From a virus, in IMG/VR virus record IMGVR_UViG_3300017786_000069, positions 1 through 32,355 of that record: a stretch of DNA of 32,355 nucleotides, one strand, 5' to 3'. Under the pieces are notes generated by a model. That model did no database searches and was not told the origin of the DNA. It saw only the letters and a list, made by a program, of their open reading frames with translations. Positions within the stretch are counted from its first letter, which is position 1. Each line of letters begins with the position of its first letter. Position numbers and translations under genes: made by a program. Below are positions 8,534 through 15,130 of the stretch, piece after piece.

Positions 8534-8997
8534 ACCTTGATAAATTAAGAGAAGAGTTAGCTGAAGATGAGGGGTGTAAGTACGAGATATACCTTGACCA
8601 TCTGGGCTTACCTACATTTGGTATCGGACATTTAATTACCAAAGATGACCCAGAATGTAGCATGGGAGTTGGCACAGTTATAGAACAAAGCCGTGTACAA
8701 TCAGCATTTAATCTTGATATAACAGTTACTATAGAAGATTGTCATAGGTTATATAAAGATTTTAATGAGTTACCAGAAGAAGTTCAGTTGATAGTTGCAA
8801 ACATGATGTTTAATCTAGGCTATCCAAGGCTATCTAAGTTCAAGGGCATGAAGGCAAATGTAGATGCAAGAGATTGGTCTGGTGCAGCAGATGAAATGGT
8901 TGATTCAAGATGGTACACACAAGTAACAAACAGAGCTAGACGTTTGGTAGATAGAATGAGACAGGTAGATGGTAGCGAAACGGTTTCAGAATCCTAG
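8530..8997 (+). CDS. Endolysin, T4-lysozyme-like (GH24) muramidase
   Basis: EDEGCKYEIYLDHLGLPTFGIGHLITK (Glu/Asp/Thr catalytic pattern of T4 lysozyme) and SRWYTQVTNRARRLV (compare T4 SRWYNQTPNRAKRVI). No signal peptide seen. Confidence 0.93.
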   Translation: MNLDKLREELAEDEGCKYEIYLDHLGLPTFGIGHLITKDDPECSMGVGTVIEQSRVQSAFNLDITVTIEDCHRLYKDFNELPEEVQLIVANMMFNLGYPRLSKFKGMKANVDARDWSGAADEMVDSRWYTQVTNRARRLVDRMRQVDGSETVSES

Positions 8998-9256
8998 CGG
9001 TGGTTTAAACAGGGCTGGTAGAGCGCACTTCAAGCGCACTACTGGTGCTAATTTAAAACGTCCTGTAAAGTCCGGGGACAATCCAAGACGTGCTAGTTTT
9101 TTGTCAAGAATGGGTAATATGAAAGGGCCAGAACGTGACAGTAAGGGAAAGCCTACGAGATTACTACTTAGCCTTCGTGCGTGGGGTGCAAACAGTAAAG
9201 CTGATGCTCGTAAAAAAGGGGCATCAATCAGCAAACGCAACAAAGCCAAGAAGTAA
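8969..9256 (+). CDS. Basic protein (95 aa), unknown function
   Basis: ORF track. NPSGGLNRAGRAHFKRTTGANLKRPVKSGDNPRRASFLSRM..., tail SKRNKAKK. Overlaps the endolysin 3' end by 29 nt. Confidence 0.55.
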   Translation: MVAKRFQNPSGGLNRAGRAHFKRTTGANLKRPVKSGDNPRRASFLSRMGNMKGPERDSKGKPTRLLLSLRAWGANSKADARKKGASISKRNKAKK

Positions 9257-9299
9257 AGAGGTCGCGTACCTCAAAGGAAAGAAAGAAAAGGAGACTGAT

Positions 9300-9428
9300 A
9301 TGCCAATGGGTAAAGGTACATATGGTTCTATTAGAGGTAGACCAAAGAAGTCACAAGCTATGAAAAAGCAAGCTGCGACTGCTATGGCTATGAAGAAAGC
9401 TAAGAAGAAGCCTAAGAAGAAGATGTAA
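9300..9428 (+). CDS. Cationic micro-protein (42 aa) with AT-hook-like RGRPKK core
   Basis: AAGGAG RBS 7 nt upstream of ATG 9300. MPMGKGTYGSIRGRPKKSQAMKKQAATAMAMKKAKKKPKKKM. The longer track version (9135..) overlaps the previous gene out of frame. Confidence 0.55.
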   Translation: MPMGKGTYGSIRGRPKKSQAMKKQAATAMAMKKAKKKPKKKM

Positions 9429-9840
9429 CGGTGGAGTAAAACTTTTCCTTAAATTTTATATTGATACAGTTCTGACAAATAATTTTCTTTGTTCTTATGT
9501 ATTCAATAAGTTTCTTTGGTTGCCACTTTATATAATTGTTTTGAGTTTTTCTATCTAAGTCTTCAAAGGATAAAGCGTAAGCATTATCTTTGTAGCTACA
9601 GACATGGCATCCTTGTGATTGTTTGTATTTGTTTAGCCAGTACCTTCTTCTATTATATTTTTTATAATATCTTTGCTCTCTTTCTTTTCTCTTACGATAT
9701 TGAGCATCATATTTATCTTCTTTGTATCTTAGGTAATCTTGCCAAGCTCTATGGTCATCATTGATATCATTTTTAATTGTTATATTATTATTATTATTGT
9801 ATGATATTTTTATATCCTTCATGGATTTCCTCCCTGTCAA
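9412..9840 (-). CDS. HNH-like zinc-finger protein with degenerate catalytic residues
   Basis: Strong RBS (AGGGAGGAAATCCATG). GCHVCSYKDNAYALSFEDLDRK...KKLIEYIRTKKIICQNCI follows the CxxC...ALxFHHxD...KCxLLCxNCH template, but the His positions are replaced. Very Lys/Asn/Tyr-rich N-terminal half. Confidence 0.45.
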   Translation of the reverse strand: MTGRKSMKDIKISYNNNNNITIKNDINDDHRAWQDYLRYKEDKYDAQYRKRKEREQRYYKKYNRRRYWLNKYKQSQGCHVCSYKDNAYALSFEDLDRKTQNNYIKWQPKKLIEYIRTKKIICQNCINIKFKEKFYSTVTSSS

Positions 9841-9844
9841 ACTG

Positions 9845-9880
9845 CCCCTGTCTAGTTCTCATCTACACAGGGGTTTTTTT
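9845..9880 (+). terminator. Rho-independent terminator oriented for + strand transcripts
   Basis: CCCCTGT (9845-9851) / ACAGGGG (9867-9873) stem followed by T7 (9874-9880). On the - strand the T-run would precede the hairpin. Confidence 0.6.
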
Positions 9881-9882
9881 AT

Positions 9883-10185
9883 TTAAAATGGTGAGTTCAT
9901 TTTTTTAATAGCTGGTTGGAATGGGTTACTCACACTACCATCATCAGTTACTTCAGAAATACGAAGGTTAAATTTCTTCTTACCTCTGGCAGTTTTGTAT
10001 TCTGATGCGTATAATTGTAAAGAATATGTTTTACTTGCTTCAAGTGTCACAGTTTCTGCATCTATAGAATTTGTATTCTTATTCCAAGTACCAATTTGTG
10101 TAATGTTCTGACATAATAAATTCTCATTTTTTGTTTCTGTTGGTTCAAACAAAGTTACGTCCATTATTTTAGTATAAGTTGCCAT
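9883..10185 (-). CDS. Hypothetical small protein (100 aa), possibly an OB-fold ssDNA-binding protein
   Basis: AGGAG RBS. Beta-rich sequence with acidic patch and C-terminal ...NSPF. Sits in the recombination module. Function is a guess. Confidence 0.4.
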   Translation of the reverse strand: MATYTKIMDVTLFEPTETKNENLLCQNITQIGTWNKNTNSIDAETVTLEASKTYSLQLYASEYKTARGKKKFNLRISEVTDDGSVSNPFQPAIKKMNSPF

Positions 10186-10194
10186 TTTTTTCTC

Positions 10195-10878
10195 CTATTT
10201 TGATGTAATTTCTGTCCATTTATTTCTGAACAGTTTTTGTATTATCTTGTGGTCTATTGGATATCTTTGTTCTATTTCATTTATAAATGCTTTGTTCTTG
10301 GTATGCCAAGCACTAGCATTCTCTATTGTTACAAAGTTATCAATGTGAAAGCTGACCTGATATACTTTTAATTCAAAGGTATCTAATTCTCTTGCTTGGT
10401 CTTCAGTTTTTGTATCCCTGATAATAGATGGGCCATCTTCTATAGGCTCTTCTACTTCAGGTTCAGGTTCTGGCTGATTTGTAAACCGATTAGGGTTTTG
10501 AAAACTATCAGCTTCTTCTTCTGAATACACAAACCCACTAGCACCTATGAGTTTAAGTATTACCCTGTCTTTGGCACGTTTCTCAGACATAGCAAATGGA
10601 TAGCTATTCTTTGAATTATGTGGACTAGCTTCACCTATTGACCATGCAGTTTTATCTCCATTAGTTCCTTGTACGAGCATAGCAACAATACCTTTTTCTG
10701 CTATTGTTTCTATGATAGTAGGCTTATCAAACATAATGCCTTGATGCTCAGCAATACGCTCTAACGCATCGTGATATATTACAGGAGTGCCATGACAATC
10801 CCAAGTAGCTTCTTGTTCGCTCATGCCAACAGCCTGTATCAAGTCTTTAAGATGTTGTGGTATCTGTCTTTTTTTCAT
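10195..10878 (-). CDS. Possible single-strand annealing / recombination protein
   Basis: Located next to an exonuclease gene. The segment SYPFAMSEKRAKDRVILKLIGASGFVYSEEEAD resembles the conserved helix plus acidic linker of ERF/Rad52-type annealing proteins. Acidic Pro/Glu-rich linker (EPEPEVEEP). ATG 10878 follows an AGGG RBS; the GTG at 10881 is an alternative start. Confidence 0.35.
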   Translation of the reverse strand: MKKRQIPQHLKDLIQAVGMSEQEATWDCHGTPVIYHDALERIAEHQGIMFDKPTIIETIAEKGIVAMLVQGTNGDKTAWSIGEASPHNSKNSYPFAMSEKRAKDRVILKLIGASGFVYSEEEADSFQNPNRFTNQPEPEPEVEEPIEDGPSIIRDTKTEDQARELDTFELKVYQVSFHIDNFVTIENASAWHTKNKAFINEIEQRYPIDHKIIQKLFRNKWTEITSK

Positions 10879-11077
10879 CACCCTGCCTTATCAATCTGTT
10901 GTTTTCATTTAATAGAGTTACAAACGCTTGTAGGTTTTCTGTCATTGCATCTAATTCTTTTATTGTTTTAGATAACTTTATATTCATAACATCTATTTGT
11001 TGTTGTAGTTCATTTTGAAAGTCATTCATCTTTTGTAAATCTTCTTTCATTAGCTGTTCAAATTGTTGTTCTGTCAT
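10847..11077 (-). CDS. Coiled-coil protein (76 aa)
   Basis: ATGA coupling to the exonuclease stop. Heptad-like MTEQQFEQLMKEDLQKMNDFQNELQQQIDVMNIKLSKTIKELD. Confidence 0.5.
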   Translation of the reverse strand: MTEQQFEQLMKEDLQKMNDFQNELQQQIDVMNIKLSKTIKELDAMTENLQAFVTLLNENNRLIRQGDEKKTDTTTS

Positions 11078-11964
11078 TCTATTCCCCATTGTAATTGTGC
11101 AATTTTATGTATGTCTGGGCCGTGATAGTTTTTTATTCTATCAAAGTCTGGTTGAACCATATCAAAGAGTGTGCGCCAGTTACCCCTTGCGTTTTTTAGT
11201 ATGTTTTGTTGTACAAGCCATCTTTGTTTGACTAAGTTAAAGTGATAATCAAGACTATCTTTTTTAAGCAAGTCAGTTGTTTGTGCTGTGGCTATCTCAA
11301 ATCCCTTTGATGTTACGAATAACAATGCAGGTTCTAGCCCTGTTGCTTTGTGATATACTGCCTGTTGAATTACCTGATTTATTGTAGGTTCGGTTCTAGG
11401 TGATGGTATTCGCCATGACCTAGTACCGTCCTTCTTCATTGGATTACGTGTGGGAAAGCTGCACTTTAAATCAAGCTCTAGTTTAGCTGATGCGTAATCA
11501 AGATACATCATACATGGCACATCAATACCATCTACATCCATCCATCTTTTGTACTCACCTTCGATTTCCTGATTGCCAAAATATTCTCTCATACCTTGTA
11601 ATGCATGAGAAGCCATCTCGCTAAGATGGTTTTTGATTTCAGCGTGTTCTTCTGCATCCCTGCCATCATCAAAACCTCTTGGTTTATAAAGGCTGTATTT
11701 ATAAGCAACTTCTCGTAGTGCTTGCTCAAAAGACTTTTGTTCTTGCACTCCTCTTGCTTTGATGTAGTTATCAAGACCTAAAGCTAAATCTACTATCTTC
11801 TGGACAGCCTTACCGCCTTCCATTTTAGCAGAACCTGGGTATCCTATCTTTAAATGATGGTCTATGAATAGCTTTAAGAAGTAATCATCAAGAGGTTGTG
11901 TACCACCTGATGCACTTACGTGCATGGCTCGACTGCCATATTCTTTTCTATAATCTGGTATCAT
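11074..11964 (-). CDS. PD-(D/E)XK (RecB/Cas4/lambda-Exo-like) nuclease
   Basis: AAGGAAGGAG RBS. MMYLDYASAKLELDLK supplies the D...(D/E)xK motif. Downstream INQVIQQAVYHK supplies the QxxxY motif characteristic of RecB-family nucleases. Confidence 0.6.
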   Translation of the reverse strand: MIPDYRKEYGSRAMHVSASGGTQPLDDYFLKLFIDHHLKIGYPGSAKMEGGKAVQKIVDLALGLDNYIKARGVQEQKSFEQALREVAYKYSLYKPRGFDDGRDAEEHAEIKNHLSEMASHALQGMREYFGNQEIEGEYKRWMDVDGIDVPCMMYLDYASAKLELDLKCSFPTRNPMKKDGTRSWRIPSPRTEPTINQVIQQAVYHKATGLEPALLFVTSKGFEIATAQTTDLLKKDSLDYHFNLVKQRWLVQQNILKNARGNWRTLFDMVQPDFDRIKNYHGPDIHKIAQLQWGIE

Positions 11965-11985
11965 TGTTTTCTCCTTCCTTGACCC

Positions 11986-12015
11986 TTCATATCATACCTA
12001 TTGACAATATGTCAA
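11986..12015 (-). promoter_or_regulatory. Candidate sigma70-type promoter for the leftward recombination operon
   Basis: On the - strand, TTGACA (12015-12010), an 18-nt spacer, then TATGAA (11991-11986), upstream of the RBS/ATG at 11964. Confidence 0.4.
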
Positions 12016-12030
12016 ATAGTTATTATGAAT
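12001..12030 (+). promoter_or_regulatory. Candidate sigma70-type promoter for the rightward operon, overlapping a palindromic operator
   Basis: TTGACA (12001-12006), a 17-nt spacer, then TATGAA (12024-12029). TTGACA-ATA-TGTCAA is a perfect 6+3+6 palindrome at 12001-12015. Confidence 0.45.
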
Positions 12031-12060
12031 TATTTATTAACAAAAGAAAAGGACAATGAA

Positions 12061-12381
12061 ATGGAAAACAAACAAGCATATAAAATGGTAAGAACAACTG
12101 ACCCTGATACATCTATAGATGCAGCTATATCAATAGACCCAACACGATTGGAGTCTTTAGTATTAGATGCAATTAGACATTTTGGTGAATCAGGTGCAAC
12201 TATGGATGAAGTTGATAGAGCATTACCTGACGTTAGAGCTGGTAGTATCTCACCAAGGTTTAAGCCATTAATCGAAAAGGGTTTTGTTATTGGTGATGGT
12301 AGGACACGTAAGGCTATTTATTCTAATAAACAACAAAGAATCTTATGGGCAGTTGAATTTTACAAGGAAGAAGAGCAATGA
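12061..12381 (+). CDS. Winged-helix DNA-binding protein
   Basis: AAGGA RBS, start MENKQAYK. The pattern DTSIDAA....R..L...VLDAIRHFGESGATMDEVDRAL......SISPRFKPLIEKGFV...G.R is typical of small phage wHTH (MarR-like) proteins. Track start 12001 lies inside the promoter. Confidence 0.55.
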   Translation: MENKQAYKMVRTTDPDTSIDAAISIDPTRLESLVLDAIRHFGESGATMDEVDRALPDVRAGSISPRFKPLIEKGFVIGDGRTRKAIYSNKQQRILWAVEFYKEEEQ

Positions 12382-12566
12382 CATTAGAAGAACATATAGT
12401 AAAACGTGGTATCTCTCGCAGATACTTTGCAAAGATAGCAAAGCTAGACCCAAGTTCAATTACTTTATTGATACAGGGCAAGCGCAAACCATCGCAAAAA
12501 ACACTCACTAAAATATTTATAGCGAGTAAGGGTGAGGTTACTGCGGATGATTTCTATCATGGTTGA
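12378..12566 (+). CDS. Cro/XRE-like helix-turn-helix protein (62 aa)
   Basis: ATGA coupling. RGISRRYFAKIAKLDPSSITLLIQGKRKPSQKTLTKI is an HTH-like segment. Confidence 0.55.
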   Translation: MTLEEHIVKRGISRRYFAKIAKLDPSSITLLIQGKRKPSQKTLTKIFIASKGEVTADDFYHG

Positions 12567-13632
12567 TATAAAAATTGGTGATTGCAGAGATGTATTAAAA
12601 ACATTGCCAGATAAATCTGTAGATTGTTGTGTAACATCTCCCCCTTACTGGGGATTAAGGGATTATCAAACAGGCACATGGGAAGGTGGTGACTCAGACT
12701 GTTTACACATGAGAACAACTAAAATATCTAAGAATACTGCTACAGGTCATAAAGCTATGGCACAGCAAGGTAATGTTGTGTCTGACGCAATTTATAAAAC
12801 AAAATGCCCCAAGTGTGGTGCGGTCAGAAAAGATAAACAAATTGGCTTAGAAGAAACACCAGAAGAATACACAAAAAATATTGTTAATGTATTCAGAGAG
12901 GTAAGAAGAGTATTAAAAGATGATGGTACTTTGTGGCTTAACCTTGGTGACACATATTCATCAGGAGGCAGGGCAACAACTACTAACCAAACCTTGCGAG
13001 GTGATAAAGACTATGGAGTTACAAGAGCTGCATCACCTGAAGGTATTAAACCTAAAGATTTAATCGGTACACCTTGGCGAGTAGCTTTTGCATTGCAAGC
13101 TGATGGATGGTATCTAAGGCAAGATATTATCTGGCACAAACCTAATCCTATGCCTGAGAGTGTGCAAGATAGATGCACTAAGGCACATGAATATATATTT
13201 TTGTTAAGTAAAAGTAAGAATTATTACTATGATAACGATGCGATTAAAGAGAAGGCAACTGATTGGGGTACAAGAGATAGAGTGAATGGCAAGTATCACA
13301 ATGAGGGTACTGGGTTGCAACCACATAGTGGTCTTGAAAAATCTTACGAAACAAAAAATAAAAGGTCTGTGTGGACTGTACCAGTAAAAGGATATAAAGA
13401 AGCACACTTTGCAGTTTTTCCTACCGAACTTATAGAGCCTTGCATACTAGCTGGGTGTCCTAAAAATGGCACTGTCCTTGACCCTTTTGGGGGTTCTGGC
13501 ACTACTGCATTAGTAGCTGATAGGTTAGGTAGAAAATCTACAATAATAGAATTAAATAAAGATTATATTTCTATTGCTGATAATAGATTGTATCAAGATT
13601 CACCTTTGTTTGTGGATATAAATCATGGTTAA
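12559..13632 (+). CDS. DNA methyltransferase, beta-class N4/N6 family with SPPY catalytic motif (orphan)
   Basis: Start MVDIKIGDCRD (ATGGTTGA overlap). Motif IV VDCCVTSPPYWGLRDY is near the N-terminus and motif I LDPFGGSGTT near the C-terminus (beta permutation). Also WHKPNPMPES and FPTELIEPCI. Confidence 0.88.
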   Translation: MVDIKIGDCRDVLKTLPDKSVDCCVTSPPYWGLRDYQTGTWEGGDSDCLHMRTTKISKNTATGHKAMAQQGNVVSDAIYKTKCPKCGAVRKDKQIGLEETPEEYTKNIVNVFREVRRVLKDDGTLWLNLGDTYSSGGRATTTNQTLRGDKDYGVTRAASPEGIKPKDLIGTPWRVAFALQADGWYLRQDIIWHKPNPMPESVQDRCTKAHEYIFLLSKSKNYYYDNDAIKEKATDWGTRDRVNGKYHNEGTGLQPHSGLEKSYETKNKRSVWTVPVKGYKEAHFAVFPTELIEPCILAGCPKNGTVLDPFGGSGTTALVADRLGRKSTIIELNKDYISIADNRLYQDSPLFVDINHG

Positions 13633-14032
13633 TGGCAGAAACAAAGGGGCATCATTTGAAAGAGAGGTTGCAAACTATTTAAAACTGCACCTCTCTCTTC
13701 AAGATATCAAAAGAGACATCGAACAATACCGCACTGCTGATAGAGGTGACTTACTTGGGATAGATGGATGGACTATTGAATGCAAGCGATATAAGCGTCC
13801 TCAGTCCAGTGTAGGTATTTATCGCAAGGAGTGGTGGGAACAAGTGGTAAAGGCTTCTGAGAAGGCTAAAAACAAGCCTGTACTTATATTTAAGTTTGAC
13901 CATCAACCTATACGCTGCGCTCTCTATCTAAAACATATCAATAATAAATATAAGGGTAATGATGTAGCGATTGTTACCCTTGAAGCTTGGGTAAAGCTCC
14001 TCTCTCTCTCTAGGGCTTGCGTGTCAATATAA
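13625..14032 (+). CDS. Hjc-like PD-(D/E)XK Holliday-junction resolvase / endonuclease
   Basis: NKGASFEREVANYL near the N-terminus and RGDLLGIDGWTIECKRYK (D...ExK), as in archaeal Hjc-type resolvases. 8-nt overlap with the methyltransferase. Confidence 0.55.
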   Translation: MVNGRNKGASFEREVANYLKLHLSLQDIKRDIEQYRTADRGDLLGIDGWTIECKRYKRPQSSVGIYRKEWWEQVVKASEKAKNKPVLIFKFDHQPIRCALYLKHINNKYKGNDVAIVTLEAWVKLLSLSRACVSI

Positions 14033-14060
14033 AATATGATATTGAATAATTTCATTGTCT

Positions 14061-14146
14061 ACGCGAGTGCATACATTGCATCACGCGTGCCTTTCTCTAA
14101 ATAAGTGTTCTACTGCCCCTCAAAGGGCAAGTAGGACGCTTATTTA
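14061..14146 (+). terminator. Two consecutive stem-loops ending the rightward operon
   Basis: ACGCG..TGCA/TGCA..CGCGT (14061-14088) followed by CCTTTCTCT. A long imperfect hairpin TAAATAAGTGTTCTACTGCCC / GGGCAAGTAGGACGCTTATTTA (14098-14146), whose two base-substitution mismatches are U-G wobbles only on the + strand RNA (plus a single unpaired A in the right arm). Confidence 0.45.
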
Positions 14147-14165
14147 AGAGCATATATAATAATAA

Positions 14166-14210
14166 GAACGCGAAACACATATATATATCTCGCGTTCTAT
14201 AGCCTATATA
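14166..14210 (-). terminator. Stem-loop ending the leftward micro-gene cassette
   Basis: GAACGCGA (14166-14173) / TCGCGTTC (14189-14196) with a 15-nt AT loop. On the - strand it is followed by TTATTATTAT. Confidence 0.45.
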
Positions 14211-14225
14211 TATAACCTATAGATA

Positions 14226-14399
14226 TTATTTTAGTTCTGATTTTAAAGCTTGCATAGCTAACACTATAGCTTTTGGTATAGGATAGTTACCATACTCATA
14301 GTTAAATATAGTTTGCCTGGTTAACTCAAGTTTCTCTGCTAGTTGTATCCTAGTAAAGCCAAGTGCCTCTCTTTCTTTCATGAATTGTTGTTTAGTCAT
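14226..14399 (-). CDS. XRE-family HTH protein (57 aa), not in the ORF track
   Basis: GAGG RBS. MTKQQFMKEREALGFTRIQLAEKLELTRQTIFNYEYGNYPIPKAIVLAMQALKSELK is a classic XRE HTH (LA..L.l.r.tI...E.G). Confidence 0.7.
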   Translation of the reverse strand: MTKQQFMKEREALGFTRIQLAEKLELTRQTIFNYEYGNYPIPKAIVLAMQALKSELK

Positions 14400-14550
14400 A
14401 CTCTACCTCGTAGTTTATAGATGTTAAATATAGTTTTGGGTCTTGTGATACTGCTATCTCTGCATAATTAGCTGCATCCTCTCTGTTACTAGCCGTTATG
14501 TTTACTTTATAAGTTTGATAAAATGTTACTGTAAAACTTTCCTCATTCAT
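14392..14550 (-). CDS. Hypothetical micro-protein (52 aa)
   Basis: ATGA coupling upstream and an 8-nt ATGACTAA overlap downstream. MNEESFTVTFYQTYKVNITASNREDAANYAEIAVSQDPKLYLTSINYEVEYD. Confidence 0.45.
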   Translation of the reverse strand: MNEESFTVTFYQTYKVNITASNREDAANYAEIAVSQDPKLYLTSINYEVEYD

Positions 14551-14762
14551 TCTTTTGCATCCTCTTTTAAAACGTAATCCATATAGTAATCACCTGAAGG
14601 TGATTTAAAACCAAAAAAATGCCTGATATAAAACATTGCATTCTCTATTTCTCTGATGTCTGTAAGACATAAATCTTTAGTTTCATCTATGTTTTGAATA
14701 GCTATTTTAAGTTTGTTATGAATTTTAAGAAATTCTTTTATATTTTGTTTATCAAGTTTCAT
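14547..14762 (-). CDS. Hypothetical protein (71 aa)
   Basis: ORF track; GAGAGGG RBS; no recognisable motif. Confidence 0.55.
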   Translation of the reverse strand: MKLDKQNIKEFLKIHNKLKIAIQNIDETKDLCLTDIREIENAMFYIRHFFGFKSPSGDYYMDYVLKEDAKE

Positions 14763-14786
14763 TTTTTTGCCCTCTCTCTTTCTCTT

Positions 14787-14945
14787 CTAAAATAAATCAA
14801 ATGGATTAAAGCAGGAATTATATTCATTCCATTGGCTTTTATCCCATGTATTACAACCTAATAGCCAATTGATAATAATAAAATCAAACATAGCTACTGC
14901 TAATAGTGTTATCATTATTGCTATAAAAATATTAAACTTGGTCAT
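14787..14945 (-). CDS. Small membrane protein (52 aa)
   Basis: GAGGGAG RBS. MTKFNIFIAIMITLLAVAMFDFIIINWLLGCNTWDKSQWNEYNSCFNPFDLF: one or two hydrophobic helices, then a Cys/Trp-containing tail. Confidence 0.5.
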   Translation of the reverse strand: MTKFNIFIAIMITLLAVAMFDFIIINWLLGCNTWDKSQWNEYNSCFNPFDLF

Positions 14946-14949
14946 TGTC

Positions 14950-15102
14950 TTATTCTCCCTCTACACCCTCTAATTCATCAATTAATACTCCAAGAGAAAG
15001 ATACCAATCTCTTTCTTTCGGTTCCTTTTCGTATTGATTAACTGTAATTTCTTTTAATTTATCAGCTATCTCTTGATGTGTAAGTTTGCATTGTTTATTC
15101 AT
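14950..15102 (-). CDS. Hypothetical micro-protein (50 aa; alternative start at 15120 adds MKRIKT)
   Basis: AAGGA RBS before ATG 15102. MNKQCKLTHQEIADKLKEITVNQYEKEPKERDWYLSLGVLIDELEGVEGE. Confidence 0.45.
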   Translation of the reverse strand: MNKQCKLTHQEIADKLKEITVNQYEKEPKERDWYLSLGVLIDELEGVEGE

Positions 15103-15130
15103 TGTCTTAATCCTTTTCATTGTTTATTGT

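Noticed and set aside
9135-9299. Long version (97 aa) of the last late gene
   Set aside because: It overlaps 8969..9256 out of frame for 120 nt. An AAGGAG RBS precedes the internal ATG at 9300.
9516-9764. 82-aa + strand ORF opposite the HNH-like gene
   Set aside because: No RBS and Phe/Tyr/Leu-rich mirror composition of a Lys/Asn/Tyr-rich frame. The - strand ORF has a strong AGGGAGG RBS.
12001-12060. Track start of the winged-helix gene at 12001 (TTG)
   Set aside because: That codon is the -35 hexamer of the candidate promoter. ATG 12061 has an AAGGA RBS.
13927-14058. 43-codon - strand micro-ORF starting with the GACAATG context seen in the micro-gene cassette
   Set aside because: No Shine-Dalgarno sequence. 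It lies downstream of the cassette terminators and overlaps the 3' end of the resolvase gene antisense. The shared GACAATG is probably coincidental.
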